Assembly (NCBI GenBank): GCA_002269645.1
Contig: NIVC01000302.1
Coordinates: 378,303-442,302, forward strand
DNA: 64,000 bases
Origin: Macrostomum lignano
Taxonomy: Eukaryota
Direction of reading: 5' to 3'
How positions within the stretch are numbered: position 1 is the stretch's first letter; each line of letters begins with the position of its first letter. Positions 54,050 to 64,000 of the stretch are shown here, piece after piece. Both the position numbers and the translations under genes were made by a program. The notes under the pieces were generated by a model. That model had not been told where the DNA came from and made no database searches. It worked only from the letters and a program-made list of their open reading frames with translations.

Positions 54050-54914
54050 CAGTGTTGGGCAAGTTACTCAAAAAAAGTAACTTGCGTTACTGTAACTTAA
54101 GTTACCAATTTTTAAAAAGTAACTTACGTTAGCCTAGTAACTTTAGACAAAAACCCGGTAACTTTTAAGTTACTGTCCGTTACTCACTTCCGTTACCCAT
54201 GTTATTAACAAAATTTTCTGCTTTTTTCACATTGCATTTTTTTACATTGTTGTTACCGAAATTTGCCATTGGGCATTGGGATTAACCGATTAACAGACAG
54301 AGACAGCAATTGGCGACACGATGTGAGGCAAGTAGAAGGACCGATGGTCAATGGCAATCAATAATTAAAATTATAAATGATAAAATAAACGAATATCAAT
54401 AATTCAATAGAGTAAAATAAATAACTGTATAAAATGGTGTAGTGTACTGCAGTGCCAGTGGAGGGACTTGTGGAGGCTACAGACGAATTTCTTTCTTTGG
54501 TTGTTTGTTTGAATCAAACTTGAAAATTTTTAGTAAATTGAAAATGAGAAATAAAAATTGAAAAATAAAATGAAAGGCGAAAATATTTTACTGAAATTAT
54601 AACTAAGCAAAACATGTTTTAAGTATTTCTTCATTAATTAAAGCGCAATACCAAATGATACTATTCACTTAATTTTGAATTAGGAATGAAAAATGCAAAA
54701 AAATGTGACAACCGGCGTAATAGCTAAGCATTTCAGTTTTAAATTTAAATATTGCGATTGTTGCAAAGTAACTGTAACGGACTTCTGAAATTTGAGTAAC
54801 TTACCGTTACTCCGTTACTAAAATAAAAAAGTAACTTGCGTAAGGAACGCTTTACGAAAAAGTAACTTGCGTTACCATTTGCAAGTTACTCGGTAACGGA
54901 AGTGCCCAACACTG
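54050..54914. mobile_element. Young hAT MITE (865 bp)
   Basis: TIR cagtgttgggca; perfect 8-bp TSD taaatata; gtaac/gttac subterminal repeats; CpGs retained. Confidence 0.9.
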
Positions 54915-55188
54915 TAAATATAAATGGCTATTATGATTATGATATCTTTCATATTATATTTATCAATAGTCAAAAGTTTAACCTTAGATATTCTTTTTTA
55001 GATCTTTAAGTTAAGATTAGTGGTAAACCCAAAGAGGGGGTAGGAAATGGCCACTTACCCCCCTTTTTTGCTATGGCTGAACTTGTAGTCTTGTATATAA
55101 GGGAGAGCATTGCAATTTTGATCTAATAATTAGACTTTATTTTGGCCCAACCCAAAAAGTTGGACCAATCTACCTTTGCCCTACCCTC

Positions 55189-55589
55189 TAGAGGTTGGAT
55201 AGAATCCCAATCCTGATCCTGAAATCTCAGGATCCCAAGGAAAATTGAATTCCCGCGGGACCAGAATCCGGACCTTAAAAAACTTGAGATTTGGAAACAG
55301 GTCTTTTGATTAAAAATTTATAGAATTAGTGATTACTTGAAGGTATTTTCTTTAACTTGTACTTGTTACATTATTTACTTTGTTGGTTACAAAACTTCAT
55401 ATCAATTTATTATGTTTTATTTCTTGCTCTTGACAATCTTTTCTCAATTTTGTTTAACTTTACATGGACAATACACTAAAAGACTTGATCCTGATTCTTG
55501 AATCCCGATCCTGATCCTGATCCCAAGAAAAAAATTATTCCTGATCCCAACCCAATCCCACCCAAGATTTCAATCCCATCCGACCTCTA
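55189..55589. mobile_element. hAT MITE (401 bp), probably nested in an older element (~55017-55627)
   Basis: TIR tagaggt(t/c)ggat; TSD ctaccctc / gtaccttc (6 of 8 match). Confidence 0.75.
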
Positions 55590-56244
55590 GTACCTTCCTC
55601 CCTATTTTAAATCCTGCATCAGCCACTGGTTAAGATATTTAAGTCTAACTAAAATCTAATCTAATCCCAAATGCCAAATAGATTAGGGCCTATATGCTTT
55701 TTATATTTCTATACAACTAGGCCAATATATAATAAGAGTAAATATAGGTTAGGAGTTAGGAAAGGTTAGGCCTACACTTTATTTAAATTTTTAATGCAAA
55801 TTGTAAGTGCTAGAAAAATTATTTTATGTATTATATCAGAGAAGAAAAACAAGCACCTTAGGCTTAGTTTGCTTTGACTATAGGCATAGCATAGCCATAC
55901 CCATAGCTAGGCCTATCTATTATATAGATGAGCTTTAGGCCCTAGTCTAGATAAGCTAGGCCTAACTTCAATATCCAAAGCTAAGGACAATAATCAAACT
56001 AAAGTTTGCAGCTAGCTTTTCTAATATAATTTCTTTGCATATATTATTACATTATAGACCTAAATTAGATAATTAAATGAGTTGCCTATAGCAACTAACA
56101 AGAATTTAATATTCAAAGTTCAGAGATTGAAAACCAGCATCTGTAGGCATTAAGCTTGTAAATTAAAACCTAAGCTAACTAGACCCATTTTAAAGTATAA
56201 AAGATGACATAGACAAATATGACATGATTTACATTACATCTGGT

Positions 56245-56971
56245 CCATAGTCAGGAAGGTGGCCTCTGAGGGGGAAAATTCCCGCGCACACAAAGGGTCT
56301 CGGCGCACATTGGCGTACAAGCGCGGCGCACACAAAGGGTCTCAGCGCACATTGGCGCACAAGCGCGGCGCACACAAAGGGTCTCAGCGCACATTGGCGC
56401 ACCCACACTCTGGATCATGTAGTATATGCCCGAAAATTCGGGCGTGCATTGGCCTTGCACGCCAAAATTAGGTGTGCACAGTTGGCGTGCATCACTCCTG
56501 AGAAAAAAATATGCGTGCACACCTGGCGTGCACTTTATAGAATCACGCGTAAGAGTTATTGTAAAGTAGAAAAAATATCATGAAAAAAGTTCATTTTTAG
56601 GCGCAAATTTCAAGCTTTCCGGTTTTTTCCAGCTCGTAAAAGAGTATTTAAACAAATCTTTGCGTGTATAAGCTTTCCGCTGTAAATAGTATTGCCGAAA
56701 AAGCTTTAAAACCAACAAGATTATCTAATAATAAGGGTCTCTTATGCAATTTAAAAAATTATTGTCACAACGTAAAAAAAGGTCATTTATTGTCGCAACA
56801 CCGGCGTATTTTTGAGAATGGGCGTGTACTAATTTTTTTTCGGCGTGCAGTAGTAATTATTCAATTTTAAATAATGGCGCACAGACGGCGCACAGATAAC
56901 GCACAGACGGCGCACAGATTGTCCCTCTAAAATTTATTCCGGCGCACACTCTGCCACCTTCCTGACTATGG
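56245..56971. mobile_element. Young TIR element/MITE (727 bp)
   Basis: 19-bp TIR ccatagtcaggaaggtggc; 8-bp TSD catctggt; gcgcac subterminal repeats; CpG-rich. Confidence 0.88.
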
Positions 56972-57339
56972 CATCTGGTCTATAGAGGCTATAGACTTAA
57001 CAGACCGGCACCGGGTGCAGCCGAAATCGTCATATTCAAAATCGTCATATGATGATGACGACTTGAACAAATCTGGAAGACTTAAACATTTAAATATGAC
57101 GACTTTGACCAAAGGCAAGGGTGTATTAATTTAGGATTTTCCTACTTTCAGGCAAAAATCGAGTTTAAAGTTATATTTCATTCGTTGATATACATGCAAG
57201 TATCAATTATTAGCCAATAAAGTAAAAACACAAAGATAAAAATGAACTACACTGTATAGCTGACATTTTTATAAGGCTAGGCGCGATGATGCAATAAAAT
57301 TAGTTCAAAGTTAAAAGCAAATTTCATATTTCAATTTCA

Positions 57340-58500
57340 GTAGATAAAATTTTTACGAATTAAAAATTTTAAGCAAAAGCTTGCAATCCTTAATGCAATC
57401 CCTTCAGGCTGAAGCCGACTGCAGGCACGTAGGAATCTGCGGATGCTCAGCTGCCCAGCTGTGTACAATCTCCACAGCTCACTGAGTCGCATCTGCAGTT
57501 CGGCGTATTTTGCACGATGGTCGCGACTTTCGGAGCCCTGTAGTACCAGTTCTGCCTGCACAGCAGCAACATTGGCCTCCTTGTGTACCAGCTGGAGTAG
57601 CATATACAGTGGAAGCTTTGCACGGCCTGCTCTGTTCTTCAGCCGACGATATTTGTGCGCACTTTCTGCCGAAAAACGCTAACATTCGTCTTGGTCAACA
57701 CAGGATGTGTCAGCCAAGTCGTCTCAACGTATTCTGCTACCGGAGCAGCCTGGCATCATTCGTGGATCTGATAATGTCAACGAATCCGATCTCCATGTGC
57801 TCAGCTGGCAGAAGCGGAAGCGCCATCAGCTGTCGACAGAAGTTCTTCGTTGGTGCGTGACTCCTGAATGCCTGAGTCAAACCATAGAGTTGGATCCGGC
57901 GCCAGACAGCTTGACTATAATGAAATAGGCAGCCCGGCCTGTTTCCTTGTGGTGGGGAATACTTCACTAATCGCCTGCCACATAGCACCTTCGAAGTCAA
58001 GAATTGCCACCTGAGGCACAACATTACTAAAATGCAGATGGAGACGCCTCAGTACGGCAGCATAGTCTTGCTGAGATTTTCCTGAGGGACAAAATGTGTG
58101 CACGCGCTACATGTAGCTGACAGTAGGCAGGAAATCTTAAAATTTCAAATCTTCTTATTTACTAAAAATGAGTTGTCTGTATCTATCTAGCTATGCGATA
58201 TGCACCATGGAGGACGTCAAAGCGCATTTCCTGCTGATCTTCGGTGAGAGGAGGCTGCACTGATAATTCAGCAAGGGAGTTCTCCGCAATTACTGATGGC
58301 ATTTCGAAGGGCTGGACATCAGCATACAGCTCACCCAACAACGAATAATCATCAAACTCAGCTGCAGGCTGCTCAACTGGTGCTGGATTCGCATCGTCAA
58401 TGAGCGATGAATGATTAACGATGAGCCGAGCGTCAGGCTGCTCAAGTGGTGCTGGATTCGCATCCTTAAGTAGAGCAGCAGGCTGTTCAGTAGAGCCTGT
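57340..58500 (-). pseudogene. Internally deleted Mutator-like (MULE) transposase
   Basis: KSQQDYAAVL..ILDFEGAMWQAISEVFP, GCLFHYSQAVWRRIQ..GL..FCRQLMALPLLP and VRTN..RAGRAKLPLYMLLQLVHKEA; an acidic N-terminal segment ends at EMRFDVLHGA. Confidence 0.85.
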
Positions 58501-58999
58501 CAAAAAATACATATACATAGTTGATGGGCTCGGTCTTTTTAAGCCTATAGCTTCGGGCCTCAGAATTCAGAAATGAATCACTTAGAACTCTGGCCTCAGT
58601 TCACTCCTGTCAGATGGTCAGCCCCATGGTAGCTAGATTGTGGGCGAGCAGCAAGGTCCTATAGCTAGCAGAAGACAGCGAGAGACAAGCAGGGAGAATT
58701 TGAGTTCTTGAATTTGAGAAATTTGAAAGGTAGGGATTAGCTAATCTGCAGATTAACTAACCCGCTGTCACCAGTCCGTGCGCCCCGGCTTACCAAACCG
58801 GAGCTATCGAAATCGGACTTCCGACTAGAGGGGCACTGCACTTACTCGTACCTGCCATCTAGTGTCTTTTATAGCTGTCTATCTCGAAGTCATAGCCGAA
58901 TAGAAGGGACACTGCTCTGACTAAGATCGCATTATTGGCCATGCAGGGACAGAGAGGACTTTTGCAGGGGGTTCTTGCGCTGGCCATAGATAATAAAAA

Positions 59000-60279
59000 C
59001 ACTAGATGGGTCACTCGCCTATTTCATGAATAAGCTACTTTCAATTGGGCGTCTGTATAGAGTTTTTTGGATATATTTGTGCATCAAGTAAAATTTTAAT
59101 ATTATATTTAGATTATGATGTAGACAAAAAAGTTTTGACATTTCAGACCCTCATTTTTCAATCATTGAAGTTTATTACCGACGGAAAATGAAAAAAATTT
59201 AACAAAAATGTGGGCTTGGTTTAAACTTGTTATAATAGAGGCATGCGCATTGCACTTACATGTATATATATTTTGATGCACAGGGTCGTATCAACTTATC
59301 ATGTATACACAGATTGAAAGAAGATTTCACAAAAGTAAATATTATACTCGTACATATAAAGCATTTGGGCAAGACAAAAGCATTATGAAAACAAAATTTT
59401 ACTTTATAGTTTAAGCTAGCTACTTACCCGGTAGTTAAAGCAAATGTTAATGAACAAATTGAAGTTAACGAATGTGACAAAGAACGAAATACAATTAAAT
59501 GTTTAATACAAACACGAAGGTTAATTAAGTTTACTCATCTTTCTGCTTGCTGAGCATCGCGCTGTCCTATCCTTCAGCGGCTTGGCCTCACAGCGGCACC
59601 AGTGATGCAGTCTGAGACGAGCGAACTCCCTGATTAGTCGTGGCAACACCAGCTCTCTGTCAGGAACAGCATCCCACCGTAGCCTTGTACTTCGGTCATG
59701 GCGTAGTCTTGGGCAATTGTATGCCTCGTCTGTAAAATGCAAGCTGCATATACCTTCCACTTCATTTTCCACAGCTTCTCGAGTGAAATGGCTCGTAACT
59801 CCAGCATTGATTGCCACTTCAATGCTATGGACTGATTCTTCGGAAACTGGTGCATGCGAATCGGGATGCCATCTTCGTTTACAGAGGTACTAGTGCTGGT
59901 ACAAGTCGCCGCACAGCAATCTTCGCTTGTGTATTTCAGTATTTCAACTCTTCGATATTTGCCAGCACTCGGTCTTCATGCGTTCTTCCTCCAGCAGCCA
60001 TTTAGACAATTGTTTTTACTTGCTTAAATGAAAACGAATTAGCAAAGGAGAAAAGTCAAAATATATATACTCCTTGCTTTCGCTCTGATATCTAATAGAA
60101 AAGCCATGCTGAACCCCTACTAGTAAGCTTTATTTCGATGCTTGAAACTTTTGTCTATGGCTTTAACCATAGCACTGACGTGGGAGAACAAAAATCGATA
60201 GTCTTGCGCGTTCATATGCCCAGAAGAGAGTAGGCTATTCAGACATCGAGCGAATTTGCATCAAGTGACCCATCTAGTG
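59000..60279 (-). mobile_element. ~1.28-kb TIR element carrying a THAP-only ORF relic (59521-60001)
   Basis: TIR cactagatgggtcact / agtgacccatctagtg; THAP motif CCAATC..MHQFPK..KW..ICSLHF..RLRWDAVP. Confidence 0.75.
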
Positions 60280-61269
60280 TTTTAGTATCTGTGGCGCTGG
60301 CGAGCCTTTATACGCTACTAAATGTACTATTTCATTACCAAATTCCCAGAAGTACATGTACAAGTACACGTAACTGCACACCTTTGGCACTAAATGTGTT
60401 AACACGTCGACAGATAGCGATGATGTAGATGCATTGTCACTTTCGGAGATCTTTAGACTAATATTTAACTTACTTTAGCCGCTTAACTGCCTGTGACCGC
60501 GCCAAAGCGCCAGTCTGGCACTTAATTTGCATGCTTAACATAATTATTTCTTAGATCGACTGATTGACTGGGAACTGTGTCGCTTCCGGTCCACCGTGAC
60601 CTCTGCCTCTAGATTTAGCTGCTCATCTCAGCTGGTATTGCGAAAAAGAAAGAAAACGCTAAGTCTTTAACTTCCAGATTTAACTTTCTCACTTAATCCG
60701 CAATCCTAAACACTTTAGATTGAGTTAGAGCAAATGGCTCCTTTTAATATTAACTGACACTTCTGCCTCGAGATTGGCACACAAAAGCAAGTAAGCAAAA
60801 GTGCAAACCCTATCAGACTACCTAGGAAGGGGTCAGACAAAGGGTGCACCCAGTTAAGCAGGTCAAGAGAGCCTCTCACCAAACCAATCAGAGGACATAT
60901 CTGCCGGTGGCCAAGGAATCCACAGAGACCGAAACACTCAGATGGTATGCTGCTGCTGACCTTAACTGACGCGTGACGCTGTTGCTCTTCACTTGCCGGT
61001 TGTCGTTGCTGTTCTTAGATTACTGCCGGGAGATATTGACGATGCTTCTTAGGGGGAACTTAGCTGTTGAAGCCGAAACTGCCGGGGGAAGGAGGATCAG
61101 GTCGGCAGGACCGCAGGGGGGAAGAGCCTGAAGGCAGTATCAAGTTAAGTCGAGCGCCCCAGAAGGCCTTGGCAGGGACAAAAACCGGGCGTCAAAGGCC
61201 AGTGAGTAACAGACCAGTTCGCAAAAGTCCCATGAGAAAACGACAGGAGTCTCGAGCGCGGTTCGAGTT

Positions 61270-61410
61270 GCCGCCTTTTATAGCTCCCACGCGGCCGATT
61301 TTTTATAACGCACGCCGAAATTTCCGATTGGCTGAGAGCTTTTGTTAAAATAGGCGCCGAATTTTCTGATTGGTCGAGCCGGGGGCAGTCAGGTCGACTC
61401 TGATTGGCTG
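61270..61410 (-). promoter_or_regulatory. Pol II promoter-like module: three CCAAT boxes plus TATAAAA
   Basis: Minus-strand CCAATC at 61402-61407, 61368-61373 and 61326-61331; TATAAAA at 61276-61282. Confidence 0.5.
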
Positions 61411-63562
61411 AGCTCAAGACCCCAAAACCCACCCCACGAGGTGGCCTTCAGACCCCAGGGAAGATGACAGGTGCAGTCATAAATCATGCGCAGAACATAA
61501 TAAAAGCAACTTGTCTAGACACCCTGGCGCCAAAAGTGACAGCAAAACACCCATAAATTAAAGGAGAAAGTAATAGAGCGAGTGGGGAAAGCTGGAAAGA
61601 CCTCTTTGACCCAGACAGGCTGGAGCCAAAAGTGACAGCTAGACCGCCATAAATCACCGAAAACAGTGAAAAAGCCGCAAATCTGGGGTCAGAATGGGGT
61701 TGAAACCATTCCTCCCAGACTTAGTGTCGCCCGTCTAGACTGCTAGAGGTCAATCCGTCTCAGACCCAGACAGTCTGACCTTCAAAGATGCGTAAACAAT
61801 CCAAAATTAGAATCCTAAGAGAAGTACATTGAGTATTAATCATAACTAATAGTGGTGGCATAAATTAGTGTAGAACTTAGCCTGGATGAGAGAATGGAGA
61901 GAGATTCCTAAGCTAGCCTACTGACAGTAGGGGAAAAGCGCATAGAAGCAAAACGTGCAGTTCTAAGATTGAAAAAAGGTGCGTCCTCATCATAGTAAAA
62001 AAGCGATCAAGCAATGAGAGTTTTTAACACACACAGTTACATGTACTTGTAACTTCCATGCACTTACACTGACTGCAGGACCAATGAAAGACAGTACCCT
62101 GGAGTCCGCGGTACTCATTTAGGCTGACTGACGAACACCCTACTCTGTGCTGCCAGCAGCGTTGACAACCATCGCACTGAAAGCCATGTTGCTTCGGTCA
62201 AACTTCTTTGTGACAAACTATGCATGGATACATATAGCCTTCAGTAAGTGTTTATTTATCAGTTCACGATTCATCAACTCTCTAGTATAGAGTTTGCCCC
62301 TGTTTATAAAGTTAAGCTGCAGTAAAAGCGTTGCAGGAGTGCTCAATATTCAGTGTAAGCACATGCATATACATATATCTCTGCTCTCATTCATGCAATA
62401 TATACACATGTACATCATCGTGAGATATCACAAAACAATTATTTGACTGCCAACGATTTAGGTTATAAGAATACTTTAGAGTTTAGGTTATGGGTTAGAA
62501 AGTAAGGTTTAGGATAGGTTCGGATTAGTTTCGTAGTCGATTCACGGCAGTCGAATAGCTGGTCCCCTATCTAGTCAAACTGCGGCTTGTCTTTTTGTCG
62601 TATGATAGGCCTATGTAATAATCTCTCCATTTTTCAAAGTTGGCTTGCCCGCTTGGAAAACTCACAAATATTGCGGGCATGAAAACAGAACTGCATTTAC
62701 TGTATTTAACCCGTTCATATTATAAGAGCCAGTCGTTCGTTTGCACCACTTGATTTAACACAAAAGAATCTCTAGCTAATTTTTCTTTCTATATGGTGTC
62801 TTAATCATATAACCAAATATCACATAAGCTCAACAATAGCGACTAATTAGCCACTAAATAAGTCAATAATTTAACCAGGATTTGACTTTCTTCACTTTAG
62901 GGCTTCACTGATTTTAATTTTTCATTAGAAGGGCTTTTCAGGCCATTGTGAGATTAGGCTATAGTTCAAAAACTTGTCATTTAACTGTTTCATAAATTTT
63001 CCGTTAATTTTTTAAGAAAATATACTAATGTTGCTCGAGCAAGTATATTTATGAGCTTTCATGCATCTTTTCCCCTTTTGTCTCTTGCACCACCTTCTAT
63101 TTGCATACATCAGCTATACACATATTGAGTTGTATTTATTCAGCATCATAAAAATTATCTAGACTAATCATATCGGCATAATTAAAAGCAAATTTACTTT
63201 AATTCTATAAGTACGAGTAGGAACTACGGATTGCGCTAGCATAGTATTTGCCGATCGCATCTCTCATCATTTTCGCATGAGCTTTATAGTAGTCAAGTGC
63301 TCATGAATATGAAGAGTATTTACTCAACGGATAATCTCACCATTTTTTCAAAGTTAGCATGCCCGTTTGGAAAACCAATGTTTGGTCAAGGACTATACTC
63401 AAGTAGAAGGACGGGAAACCGATCGTTTCTTGGAAAATTTTGGAGGCAGGTTTTTTCCGAAAAAAAACACTACGGAGATTAAGGGGTTTTCCTTTTTTCA
63501 GCACAAACAATTTATTGCTTTCGATAGGAGGCAAACCCAATGTTTATCTTTTGATATGTTGT

Positions 63563-64000
63563 GCCTTAATCACGTCGTGCCAAGAAGCGGATGAGTGCGC
63601 GACTGTGCTAACAGAAACACTAACCGCCGCTTTTGAGGCATCCTGCCCTTTAAAAGCCTATAAAGGGAAAAAATCTACGCCGTGGTGGAATCCCGAGCTC
63701 GGCAACCTTCGTCACAGAGATAAGAGACTCCACCGCAGAGCAACTAAAGCCAAGAGCTCAGCGGACCAAACCGCCGATCATGAAACAATCCATGAGTTTA
63801 AAAGGCAGGTCAGGAACGCGAAAGCTCAGAAATGGCGTCAATACTGTGAGGAGCTAGAGGACTCACGCCCCACCTCCAGAACTGTGAAAGCGCTTATATA
63901 CGCTGGACAAAATGTCTCAGCTTTCCTCTGTTAAGCGCACCGGCGGCACGTCCACGGACAACCCAGGCGAAACGCTTGATGCAATGCTCTCTGCGTTTTA
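63563..64000 (+). mobile_element. 5'-truncated non-LTR retrotransposon (LOA/R1-like) EN-RT linker, continuing off the window
   Basis: AAFEASCP..KKSTPWWNPELGNLR..R..FKRQVRNAKAQKWRQYCEEL, then (frameshift) LSSVKRTGG..TDNPGETLDAML. Confidence 0.8.

Noticed and set aside
61067-61432. 93-aa and 95-aa ORFs in the promoter-like region
   Set aside because: Short, non-canonical or weak starts, no recognisable motif.

Overview
Eukaryotic (metazoan) genomic DNA; I found no CRISPR array, rRNA or intact tRNA. The gene style (GC-rich exons, few introns, minisatellite-stuffed spacers) suggests a free-living flatworm such as Macrostomum; this is an inference I cannot verify. The window has three zones. (1) About 1-11.6 kb: AT-rich, CpG-poor transposon debris (hAT and RTE relics, nested MITEs). 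(2) About 11.7-41.9 kb: a CpG-rich gene island. On + lie GDP-mannose 4,6-dehydratase (3 exons), a divergent mitochondrial AIF (3 exons) and a CDK12/13-type kinase (4 exons). On - lie intronless BRCC36, a TspanC8 tetraspanin and two orphan ORFs; a small + ORF sits between the orphans. Six of the seven introns and most spacers are each filled by a different minisatellite. (3) About 42-64 kb: a second TE zone (THAP/P-like, Penelope RT, hAT, MULE, young MITEs, a LOA/R1-like LINE running off the end). Best leads: a BRCC36 gene with no start codon for its conserved N-terminus, whose upstream splice acceptor is in frame for a spliced-leader-donated AUG; an LTR-end/primer-site fossil that copies tRNA-Ser(GCU) from CCA to exactly U33, next to the m3C32 RT block; systematic intron and spacer filling by private minisatellites with bare splice-signal margins; and a cytosine-decay footprint on TEs but not on genes.
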